Virus record (IMG/VR): IMGVR_UViG_3300048579_000428
Location: 1-48,676 of that record
DNA from: a virus
Lineage: Duplodnaviria > Caudoviricetes
Reading direction: 5' to 3' (one strand)
Length of the DNA stretch: 48,676 nt
Both the position numbers and the translations under genes were made by a program. Below the pieces are notes generated by a model. The model was not told the origin of the DNA. It made no database searches and saw only the letters and a program-made list of their open reading frames with translations. Below are positions 7,217 to 15,523 of this stretch, piece after piece (positions within the stretch are counted from its first letter, which is position 1; every line of letters starts with the position of its first letter).

Positions 7217-9718
7217 TTAAAACGGTAAATCTGTCTGTGGCTCCGGCTTACTGACTGTCTCTTGCCCGGTTACCATGGTGTTAGTGAATTTGGTTTCATC
7301 GTCAAAGTGCAGACCGGCGATCTCTTCCGGTGTCAGGTAATCTTCGATCTTAAAAACATATGGCCGGCCGTGATCCTGAACTTCCACTCTTACCGTTTCC
7401 TGATTGCCATCGGTGTATTTTGTATCCCACTTCGGATAAGAGTGGCGCTTTACTTTGTAGACTTTCTCGGGATTGCCATACAAATCCTTTTTAACAGGAT
7501 CTGGCTCGGAATAGGTATCGATGCGCATTTCGGTACGGAGTACTTTTTCAACGTAGTTGGCCTCGTATCGGTTATTGAAGAACTCCCTGTGGATGGCTTT
7601 CCTGGTCATCAGTATCTCGCGGACACCGAAATCGGTAAACATATCGCGGATCCGCTGGCGAATCTCTTTTTCTACGGTGGAGCGGGAGAACTCCACCACT
7701 TTCTTCATGGCTTCGGTTTTTAGCAGTGAGGGATAGAACCACATCCGGTTCAGCTTTTCAGTCTTTAGCTGCCGCTGGTTGAGAAAGGAAAGAAAAGCGG
7801 GTATCTCTTCGATAAAGTTTTGTACGATGTTGGGGTTCTCTTCTTTGAGCACAGGCACCTTTATAATCCAGTACCGGATATCTTCATCACTCATGTAAAT
7901 GAAATTCTCCTCATTATTGGTGATAAAGATGAATTTGATAAAGCAGTCTATCTCCACGTGATCCTTCCCCTTGGCGTTCATGGTGACTTTATTGGCGGTG
8001 GAAAGGGATTTCACTTTCTCCACTACGTGCTGCTTATCGATCTTGGTCTCATCGCAGATCACCACCAACTTGGTAGCCCAGTGGGCGTTGAAGTCACCGG
8101 CCAGATCCTGGTTGCCAACGATTGCCACGTTGGATCCGAATATTGTGCGGAGCAGTATCCCGAAGGTGGATTTACCGGTATTGTTCTCCTTGCTCACCAG
8201 ACAGAGGATCGGAAGCTTTTCGGCCGGCTGCTGGTACAGCAGCTGCATGTAGTCCAGTGCCAGGTCTACATTCTGGTAGTTGTGAATCTCCCCGGTCTTT
8301 GGATGCTTGAATGAAACAGTCCGGGTGCCGAAAAGGTGTACCAGGTACCGGAGGATCGTCGGGCAGTCTTCCTCCGTGCAGGCGTCTTCCATGGGCATAA
8401 AGTCCATAGGATTATAAACGTTGTAACAGTTGTGGATGACGGACTGAAAATTGGTATTGTTCGGCACATTACAAAACGATTCGTATTTCGGAATGTGCTT
8501 TATGAAGTCCTTTCCATGGTCATCTACAATGGTTCCTTTCCTGCGGCCCTTGAAAGTTTTCTCCAGCTGACTGTGCTTATTCGGGATGTTGATTATTTTG
8601 TAATAATCATCGGCCACCCGGAAGTAATCCTTCGCCCGGGCCGGGACCACTACATCACATTCACCGGTCTGCTCGTTGTACCGGTACTGGGTACCATGGA
8701 AAACAAACTCGCGACCTTTCAAATCCGGACGGCTCTCCAGGTGGAAGAGGTAGAACCGGGTGGCATTGTCCAGGTGGAAATGCTCCAGCACTTTACCGGT
8801 ATGGATGGTGATATCGAATTTGGTGAAATAGTCGCCTGGCTTACTGACTGCCAGCAGATCATTGGTGATCTCCGCTTCTTTTCCAGGGAAAGCCTCCAGC
8901 AGATCATCAAGGCCTTTCAGGTCGGCCCGGGAGAACTGGTTGGGATGGGCAGCTATAATGCTCTGTGTATCGATGTAGGCCCAGTATTTCTTTACTTCCT
9001 TGTAATCGTAAAGGAGTTGATTGAAAGTGTTGATCGATGCGTAAAAGCCATATGGGCGCTTGTAAAGGTCTTTCAGCTTCTTATTGCCGGTGGCATCGGT
9101 GGATTCCAGCTCCTGGGATATGTCCCGGGCGTCTCCATCGGTGAGCCAGATGATGTGGCGGACCCGGCACCGATCCATGATCCGGATGATATCCGGGTGA
9201 ATGGTCTTCCGGTCTTTGTCCTTCATGTGCGTGATCGACGGTAGGCCGATCATGTACAGCCCGGCCATATAGCCCTTCCATGCCTTGAAAAATCCCTCCG
9301 TAAGTACCAGGGTGTGGATCTCCTGTTTTTTATCGAAAGCTTCCAGGATATTCGGCGTATAGAGTGGATAGGATCCCTGGCCACGAGGCATGACGTACTT
9401 CATTTGTTCGCCATTGTCCTTGATGATCGGATGCTCCAGGCGAATGATAGACCAGTCCTTTTTAATGCGGGATCCTTCTTTCTCGATGCGGATGGTGGTA
9501 CGGTCGATGGTATAGGGGATGATTTCTATTCCCCGCTCATGTTCACGGAATACCTGTACCGGCTTCAGTACATTTTTCCCGTCTTCGTTATGTAATAGCT
9601 CCACCTGGTTGATATCAGCGGTGATGCCGAGGGCAGTCATTCGCTGTTCGAAGTAAGTTGGCGGGGCTGTGGTTTCAGTGATCATGGAAATTAATATGGT
9701 TAGTAGGGTGAGGATCAT
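7217..9718 (-). CDS. Primase-helicase (TOPRIM-like N-terminus, DUF5906/SF3-type NTPase)
   Basis: LVLTEGFFKA, WLTDGD, KGLDDLL; Walker A NNTGKST, Walker B VVICDE, FIFITNN. Confidence 0.85.
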   Translation of the reverse strand: MILTLLTILISMITETTAPPTYFEQRMTALGITADINQVELLHNEDGKNVLKPVQVFREHERGIEIIPYTIDRTTIRIEKEGSRIKKDWSIIRLEHPIIKDNGEQMKYVMPRGQGSYPLYTPNILEAFDKKQEIHTLVLTEGFFKAWKGYMAGLYMIGLPSITHMKDKDRKTIHPDIIRIMDRCRVRHIIWLTDGDARDISQELESTDATGNKKLKDLYKRPYGFYASINTFNQLLYDYKEVKKYWAYIDTQSIIAAHPNQFSRADLKGLDDLLEAFPGKEAEITNDLLAVSKPGDYFTKFDITIHTGKVLEHFHLDNATRFYLFHLESRPDLKGREFVFHGTQYRYNEQTGECDVVVPARAKDYFRVADDYYKIINIPNKHSQLEKTFKGRRKGTIVDDHGKDFIKHIPKYESFCNVPNNTNFQSVIHNCYNVYNPMDFMPMEDACTEEDCPTILRYLVHLFGTRTVSFKHPKTGEIHNYQNVDLALDYMQLLYQQPAEKLPILCLVSKENNTGKSTFGILLRTIFGSNVAIVGNQDLAGDFNAHWATKLVVICDETKIDKQHVVEKVKSLSTANKVTMNAKGKDHVEIDCFIKFIFITNNEENFIYMSDEDIRYWIIKVPVLKEENPNIVQNFIEEIPAFLSFLNQRQLKTEKLNRMWFYPSLLKTEAMKKVVEFSRSTVEKEIRQRIRDMFTDFGVREILMTRKAIHREFFNNRYEANYVEKVLRTEMRIDTYSEPDPVKKDLYGNPEKVYKVKRHSYPKWDTKYTDGNQETVRVEVQDHGRPYVFKIEDYLTPEEIAGLHFDDETKFTNTMVTGQETVSKPEPQTDLPF

Positions 9719-10206
9719 TCTTGCGAGTATCTGGATGCGATCGGGTTTGGATCATCCCGAAATGAAATGTTGACCGGGTTGATCAGCTGATTAAGGCGGT
9801 CGATCATAAGGCGCTTTGCTTCCTCCTTTTCAGCGAGCAGTATGCTGAGGATCCGGACGCCGTTGGTATCAGTGATTTCGAAGTCGAGTGTGTTCTTGCA
9901 GGGCTCCTGTGGTTCCGGACCACCACGGTGAATGTTAGCGTACTGATAAACTGGATGGCCAGAAATACCTGCTCCAAGTTGCTTTATTAATCCATCGAAA
10001 AAAACGAAATCCGGATTTCCCTGCTGAGCGGCTTTATTTTCCTCGCACCTGGTTTCGTTGTGCATTTTGAATGACACGGACAGGTCGCATTTGTCCTTCA
10101 GCATCTGGCTGATCAGTTCTTTGATCCGGCTGATTTGGTTATTGGCTTTTACCAGGTCGAGGTTCAGCTGGACTGCTTCCTGAAGAGCTTTTGAATTAAG
10201 TTCCAT
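9715..10206 (-). CDS. Hypothetical protein
   Basis: Start MELNSK; stop overlaps primase start. Confidence 0.6.
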   Translation of the reverse strand: MELNSKALQEAVQLNLDLVKANNQISRIKELISQMLKDKCDLSVSFKMHNETRCEENKAAQQGNPDFVFFDGLIKQLGAGISGHPVYQYANIHRGGPEPQEPCKNTLDFEITDTNGVRILSILLAEKEEAKRLMIDRLNQLINPVNISFRDDPNPIASRYSQE

Positions 10207-10210
10207 AAGA

Positions 10211-10576
10211 TTAAAAGTTGATGGTGATTTTGAATTGAGCGCCCCAGGCATTCATTTCGTCTTGGTAGGCTTTAATGATGGCCGGACCGGTAAGGATAGC
10301 TGCGCTTTTGAAATCGGTAACAGTTGCCTTATAGTCGAACTGCCGTCCGGATGGAGTGTCAATAACAGCAGGATTCCCTTTCGCATCGGCATTGATATAC
10401 TTCAACTGGATTTTCTTATATCCGGATTTCATTTTTTCTATATGATTAGCAGCTTGCTGATAAAAAAGCTGGATTTTAGCATATAACAACAGGTACAAGC
10501 CAGGCTGACTGGCAATAACGCGCTGCAGATCCTGATCGATTGAAAAAAGGCCGTTGTAATCAATTTCGTGTTTCAA
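10211..10576 (-). CDS. Hypothetical protein
   Basis: 3' part of the 229-aa ORF; probable TTG start overlapping stop of the upstream small ORF. Confidence 0.45.
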   Translation of the reverse strand: MKHEIDYNGLFSIDQDLQRVIASQPGLYLLLYAKIQLFYQQAANHIEKMKSGYKKIQLKYINADAKGNPAVIDTPSGRQFDYKATVTDFKSAAILTGPAIIKAYQDEMNAWGAQFKITINF

Positions 10577-10656
10577 TTGATGAAGTTTAACAGGTGAAGG
10601 ATAAAGCGGCCGATGAAGTATCCAAAGGCCAGGATGATGAATATGCGGGTTTTCAT
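10573..10656 (-). CDS. 27-aa hydrophobic peptide
   Basis: MKTRIFIILAFGYFIGRFILHLLNFIN; fills the gap between neighbours. Confidence 0.45.
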   Translation of the reverse strand: MKTRIFIILAFGYFIGRFILHLLNFIN

Positions 10657-10661
10657 GATGA

Positions 10662-10946
10662 TTATTTGGGGATGTGTTTTGCGAATTGTTTTTTGCTCTG
10701 CAGGAAGCCCGGCATTTTACTGGCATCCCAGCTGCACTTGAATCCGATGGCATGTAGGTCGTCATAATTGGCAGGGATGGCCAGACTGGTAATTCCGTTA
10801 TTATAATAGTTTGGATCTGCCTGGATCTGCTCTTTGCTATACGTACCGGCAGCAAAGGGGCAAGTGGTATAACCTGAGTTATTGGGTCGCCAGAATACAA
10901 CTTCTGCAGATGTGCTTTTTTCCGGAGAAATAATAAAATAGTTCAT
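10662..10946 (-). CDS. Hypothetical phage protein
   Basis: 94 aa, FWRPNNSGYTT...AGTYS motif. Confidence 0.7.
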   Translation of the reverse strand: MNYFIISPEKSTSAEVVFWRPNNSGYTTCPFAAGTYSKEQIQADPNYYNNGITSLAIPANYDDLHAIGFKCSWDASKMPGFLQSKKQFAKHIPK

Positions 10947-11093
10947 TTAGCAGCTTTTATAGATGAATATAAATGTGGCAATGAGTATGCAGGTGATAAT
11001 GGTGACACCAATACCAATAGCTCCGAACTTCAGGTAGAATTTGTACTGAGTGCCTTTATCTTCTTCTGGTATCCCGCGTCGGTTATATCTCAT
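10947..11093 (-). CDS. 48-aa single-pass membrane peptide
   Basis: MRYNRRGIPEEDKGTQYKFYLKFGAIGIGVTIITCILIATFIFIYKSC; its TAA abuts the next ATG. Confidence 0.55.
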   Translation of the reverse strand: MRYNRRGIPEEDKGTQYKFYLKFGAIGIGVTIITCILIATFIFIYKSC

Positions 11094-11292
11094 AATAAAT
11101 GTTTTAAAATGGAGGCCGGTTTCATCTTTATGCCGGCCTCCTCCGTCATTGCTTAGTTGGGCTAGACCAGGTAAGGCTACTTCTCAGAGAATGATTCTTG
11201 ACGTGAGATTCATTCAATTTTGGATGTTATCCTTACTGTCACATCCAGAAACTCCGCAGGTCATTATAGCCCTCTTTGGAATTAAAGGATTG

Positions 11293-11367
11293 CGCGAGGG
11301 ATAGGATTCGAACCTATAACCGGCGGTTTTGGAAACCGCTGCTCTAATCCAGTTGAGCTACCCAGGC
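11293..11367 (-). tRNA. tRNA-Trp(CCA), acceptor stem with two mismatches
   Basis: GCCTGGG-TA-GCTCAACTGGATTAGAGC-A-GCGGT-TT-CCA-AA-ACCGC...ATAGG-TTCGAAT-CCTAT-CCCTCGC-G. Confidence 0.85.
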
Positions 11368-11427
11368 TTTTGTGCCAGCCGGTAGAAACCGGCTGACAAC
11401 CATTAAACCTTATCCTATGAAAATTCG

Positions 11428-11499
11428 TAGCGAGAGGGAGAATCGAACTCCCGACCTATGGGTTATGAGCCCATCGAGCTACCGCTGCTCTACCTCGCG
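11428..11499 (-). tRNA. tRNA-Met(CAT), initiator type
   Basis: Cloverleaf with CAT anticodon, unpaired C1:T72, A11-T24, GGG/CCC at the base of the anticodon stem. Confidence 0.92.
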
Positions 11500-11703
11500 A
11501 TAATAAAAGAACTTTTAAAAGCACCCCTTAGAAAAGGGGCGCAAAGGAGGTGTTCTATGCTGAAGTACCATTGAGGGGTTATGGTTTTACGCCGGTTCCC
11601 GACTTTTCACCAGCCATACAGAGTAGTTAATCCTGGGATGCTGCTGTTATGGTTGTATGCGTGGCACAACTTCTCTCCGGTAAGCATTTGCCCGGAGTTC
11701 ATT

Positions 11704-11994
11704 TCAACCGGCGTCCCATACTGCCTGATTTCCGGACAAGCGAACCGGCACCAGGTCTAACTTAATTTCCTTAATTTCTTTATCGGCGAGGGCTGAGTAA
11801 GTAAGGCGATTGTATCCGGAATTGGAGGCATCGAAAGAATACATCTTACCATCTGAATCAATGCAATAACCATCATACTCTTTTACAATTGCCGGTTCGG
11901 GTAATTGCTCTTTGCAAGCATTGATAAGGGGACCATCGTTTTGATGATCGTAAGCAGTGCCAATACAGTGTTTGTGACGAATAACTACATTCAT
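11704..11994 (-). CDS. Hypothetical protein
   Basis: 96-aa ORF, ATGA-coupled. Confidence 0.6.
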   Translation of the reverse strand: MNVVIRHKHCIGTAYDHQNDGPLINACKEQLPEPAIVKEYDGYCIDSDGKMYSFDASNSGYNRLTYSALADKEIKEIKLDLVPVRLSGNQAVWDAG

Positions 11995-12200
11995 ACAAAA
12001 TCGTTTAAGTTGAATAATCGGATGAGTAGTTTTCGTAGAGTGGATGGTTTTGGAACCCGGTTAGGAAGCCGGGCGCCTTTGAAGTACTCGTGGAAGAACC
12101 AAGAGTTTTGTTTTTCCGACTGGACCCATACTCTCATCAGCAGCAAAAGCAGAATGACCAGGATCACAATGCTGATTTTGAGTATGGGCTGTGTCGTCAT
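11991..12200 (-). CDS. Small membrane protein
   Basis: N-terminal hydrophobic helix, basic tail. Confidence 0.55.
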   Translation of the reverse strand: MTTQPILKISIVILVILLLLLMRVWVQSEKQNSWFFHEYFKGARLPNRVPKPSTLRKLLIRLFNLNDFV

Positions 12201-12284
12201 CGATTTATATTGAGTTGTTGTAGCAGATCCGGAGGCACCACCCTCCGGGTTTAGTTTAGAATTTTGAGAACAGGTATAAAGCCT

Positions 12285-12473
12285 TTACGAGCTGGAGTAC
12301 TCGGGTTCTTTCTTTATCACATCTACCAGGAACATTCCAGAGCTATCGCGGATCGTAAAAGAGTTAGAAGTGTCGATGATCGTTACTTCATCGTTGTGGC
12401 CGATCTGGCGGAGCCTTTCCAGGATATCCACCATTTCTGAGGGCTTGATATTAATATTGTCAAGTACTGGCAT
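12285..12473 (-). CDS. Hypothetical protein
   Basis: 62 aa, coupled to the Cro-like gene. Confidence 0.6.
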   Translation of the reverse strand: MPVLDNINIKPSEMVDILERLRQIGHNDEVTIIDTSNSFTIRDSSGMFLVDVIKKEPEYSSS

Positions 12474-12736
12474 CAGGCAGCGGTTTTAATTTTGGAAATT
12501 TTGCGACGAATTTTCTGAACATTCTGGCCGGATCCGTATTTATTACGGATAATCCGCATAATTGAAACACGATCAATGCCAATGGCACGGGCAAACGATG
12601 AATCAGACGTAAAGCTTTTGCGTAGATCAGACAAGTGTTTCAGCTCAGTTTGGGAAAGTTTAACACTTCTCTCTTTGTTAATACCTCTTAGTGGTATTGA
12701 CAATCCGGTTTGTTTGTTTGTAGCTTTGTTGTACAT
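12473..12736 (-). CDS. Cro-like HTH regulator
   Basis: SSFARAIGIDRVSIMRII helix-turn-helix; first gene of early operon, divergent from repressor. Confidence 0.7.
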   Translation of the reverse strand: MYNKATNKQTGLSIPLRGINKERSVKLSQTELKHLSDLRKSFTSDSSFARAIGIDRVSIMRIIRNKYGSGQNVQKIRRKISKIKTAA

Positions 12737-12821
12737 TTCGTGAACAGTTCGTGAACGTTTCGTGAACAAAGTAATGTTGACTTACTCAGGATTCCAAAAA
12801 AAATCTTGATTTATTCAAGAT
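12737..12821. promoter_or_regulatory. Lysis-lysogeny switch region with operator-like repeats
   Basis: TTCGTGAAC x3 at 11-bp period; palindromes ATGTTGA-N5-TCAGGAT and ATCTTGA-N5-TCAAGAT. Confidence 0.65.
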
Positions 12822-12856
12822 ATTTTAATTTGTAATGTGAAATACAATACATATCA

Positions 12857-13426
12857 ATGAATTATAAAGAAGAGATACAAAAAATATTAAAGGTTCTAAA
12901 GCAGATGGGTTATCAACGACCTCAAATAGAGAGTCGTTTAGGACTAGCAGAAGGCTCAATCTCACAGACAATAGCAAGGAACGGCAGCGAACGGCTGCTT
13001 AAGGCTTTAGTTTTATACAAAGAATGGGCGATACTGAGTAAATCAGTAAATGTAGATGAGCAGGCCGTTATCCAGGAACCCGAGCCCAAATATGGCGACC
13101 AGATGAGCCGGCTGCTGGTACAGCAAAACCGGCTGATTGATTCAATGAATCAGCAATCCACTACGGCCAATACGATACTGGCCCGGCTTGCGGACAATGT
13201 AGAAACGAAGGTTGAGAGTATTGACCTTAGTTTAGCAGATGCTTTGGCAAGGATAGACTCTTTGAGGATAGATGTGACGTCTGGTCGATCAGTGATCTTG
13301 AAGAGTCTGGCTCGTCTTGAGAAAAAACCTGAACTTTCGTTGCAGAAGGAAGCGGACAATATAAATGCTTCTTTGCTTCAGGAACTGAGCGGAAAACAGA
13401 GCAAGAGGACTGGAAGGGGCAGGTAA
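12857..13426 (+). CDS. Putative CI-like repressor (N-terminal HTH, C-terminal coiled coil)
   Basis: Only clear plus-strand phage gene; QIESRLGLAEGSISQTIAR HTH-like; divergent from Cro-like gene. Confidence 0.65.
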   Translation: MNYKEEIQKILKVLKQMGYQRPQIESRLGLAEGSISQTIARNGSERLLKALVLYKEWAILSKSVNVDEQAVIQEPEPKYGDQMSRLLVQQNRLIDSMNQQSTTANTILARLADNVETKVESIDLSLADALARIDSLRIDVTSGRSVILKSLARLEKKPELSLQKEADNINASLLQELSGKQSKRTGRGR

Positions 13427-13694
13427 GGCACTTGATGAACATTCGTAGGTGGTTTTGTGGTTCGAAATTTTAGCAATACAGTACCGTAATTTAGATACAA
13501 AAGCTGTTAAAATCAGCATAATAATCAGGTGAAAAAAACCGGAAAAAATGTTTTTTTTCCCGCACATATATTAGAAAATTCCTTTAATCAATTTTTCTTT
13601 GCTACTTTCTTTTTGCGGAGCGAGGGAGGTACGACCGAGCGGAGTAAAAAGAAAGTAGTCCCGGTAACGGGGCTACTCCTGCTCCTGGGAACGG

Positions 13695-14030
13695 TCAGGC
13701 TGTCTTTTTTAGCGGCTCCACCTGATTTTGACTAAATACATAAGCCAGTGGCCAGAACTGATTTTTGCTATCCTCCGGGCCTTCCTGCGGCTCTTGCTTA
13801 GTGGACTCTTTTGGTTGCCCCCATAACAAAAGGGCTTTCTCCCCTTTCTTTACGGCAAAGCCTTTTTTAATCCAGCCCCGAAAACTGTTCAGCTCTGTAT
13901 GCCCTTCCTGTGCGTAAATATCGGCCAGTCCTTCGTTGATGCTGGAATACTGGCCTTCTTTTACTGCCATCATTACTACCCGGCTGATCTGTTTTAACTG
14001 TTGGCGTTTTGCTTTCATTTCTTCTGTCAT
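13695..14030 (-). CDS. ArdC N-terminal-like ssDNA-binding protein
   Basis: SFRGWIKKGFAVKKGEKALLLWGQP and YVFSQNQV motifs. Confidence 0.75.
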   Translation of the reverse strand: MTEEMKAKRQQLKQISRVVMMAVKEGQYSSINEGLADIYAQEGHTELNSFRGWIKKGFAVKKGEKALLLWGQPKESTKQEPQEGPEDSKNQFWPLAYVFSQNQVEPLKKTA

Positions 14031-14059
14031 AGTATACCTCCTGTTGTTTTATTGGTTAA

Positions 14060-14560
14060 TTATAAAATTCCTTCGTCTGCAAATGAATAATATTGATCAT
14101 CGCCACATATCACATGGTCTAATACGGTGATATCGAAATAAGAAAATGCTTCTTTGATTTTCGCGGTTAGTTGTTCGTCTGCCCGGCTTGGCTTAGTGCT
14201 TCCGCTCGGGTGGTTATGGAACAGAACCACAGAAACGCAATCAGCAAGGGCGGCGGCTTTTACAATCAGCCGGGGATCGGCTACGGTACCGGTTACGCCT
14301 CCCATGGATGCCACATAATATCCGGTTATCCTGTTTGCTCTATTGAGGAACATCACATAAAAAAACTCCTGAAAATCGTTTCCCTCTTTAACGTGAATAT
14401 GCCGGCAAAGCTGGGCGCATTCGTGGCTTGTTCTTATAATTGTGTCCGGTACTTCAAGCCCGGTTTTATCGGTTGAAAGGATAAACTTTTTTAATTGAAC
14501 TGTTTTGATTTCAGGCATAGCTTGTCCGTTCGCCTCTTTGGGGCGGTTATTCTTATTCAT
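14060..14560 (-). CDS. radC: RadC-like JAB domain protein
   Basis: QEFFYVMFLNRANR, HNHPSGSTKPSRAD, LDHVI. Confidence 0.92.
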   Translation of the reverse strand: MNKNNRPKEANGQAMPEIKTVQLKKFILSTDKTGLEVPDTIIRTSHECAQLCRHIHVKEGNDFQEFFYVMFLNRANRITGYYVASMGGVTGTVADPRLIVKAAALADCVSVVLFHNHPSGSTKPSRADEQLTAKIKEAFSYFDITVLDHVICGDDQYYSFADEGIL

Positions 14561-14624
14561 CTGTTGAGTCTTTAAATTTTGGAGAATAAGCCCCACCCGG
14601 TTGGGCGGGGCTGTGTTGGTTTTC

Positions 14625-15011
14625 TTACCACTTTAAAAGCGGCTCGAGGGCTTTAATCCTTTCGGCAACTGTTACCCTTACGCAATCCATAACGGCAGCA
14701 ATTAATTCCGGGTTACTGGTTGAAAATTCTTCCCGGTTGTTTTGATCACGAAGGGTAAAAGAAAGGTTTTCTTCCCCCTTTTTCATTTTGAACTCGTTCA
14801 ACTTGTTCCGGGATTTCTGCAGGCGGTTGTACTTACTCTGCAATTCAAACAACTGGTTAATCCTTAAAATCCGGTCTTCCAGTGGTGCCGGGTCGTTGTC
14901 CTGGCTTGTAGGTTTTACAACTGCAAGGGCGGTGGATGGTTTGAGATTTTCGGCCGGATCACTGGGTTTTTCACCTGTGATTTTTTTGGCTTCGTTCTTT
15001 TGTGTCGTCAT
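14625..15011 (-). CDS. Hypothetical protein, first gene of ArdC/RadC module
   Basis: 128-aa ORF downstream of promoter/operator. Confidence 0.7.
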   Translation of the reverse strand: MTTQKNEAKKITGEKPSDPAENLKPSTALAVVKPTSQDNDPAPLEDRILRINQLFELQSKYNRLQKSRNKLNEFKMKKGEENLSFTLRDQNNREEFSTSNPELIAAVMDCVRVTVAERIKALEPLLKW

Positions 15012-15047
15012 AACAAATGATTGAAAGTGAATAATTTGATTACCTTA

Positions 15048-15081
15048 TAAAGATACAAAAACGTTTCTAATTAGCAACGTT
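15048..15081 (-). promoter_or_regulatory. Promoter with palindromic operator
   Basis: AACGTTTCTAATTAGCAACGTT next to -7-like TATCTTTA; second copy at 28561-28582. Confidence 0.65.
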
Positions 15082-15523
15082 TTTAAAGACTTTTTTTTAA
15101 ATAAAACCCTTACTGGTGGCGGGTTTCAAGCGATTCCGAAAAAATAAAATCATGCCAATTATTTGCAACAGCATTTCATATAAATTTCTGGTTTTCAATT
15201 TTTTTTGCTCAAACTTTTTTATAAAAAGTTGAAACAACCGAAGGTTAGGCCAACGCCCCTGTCCAAAGTTTCGCCGGATGTTCGGGCACCATACTAATAT
15301 GATAGGCCTGCGGCCGCCCCTTATGCGCCTGTGCAAGCCCCTTATGCACAATGAGAATCCCTTATACCTCACTGCTGCCCCTATGGGCTGCAGTGGCCAT
15401 TAAAAGGGCGGATGCTCTTGCACCTGGCTAACCAGTGCATGTGCATCCGCCCACGCGTGAAGGATTGAAATGGATATCCTCGAAGAGATAGAAATGAAAA
15501 GCCTGACGGCTTGCCGGCACGCC

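Noticed and set aside
10577-10900. 5' extension of the 229-aa ORF
   Set aside because: Overlaps the better 94-aa and 27-aa ORFs in other frames
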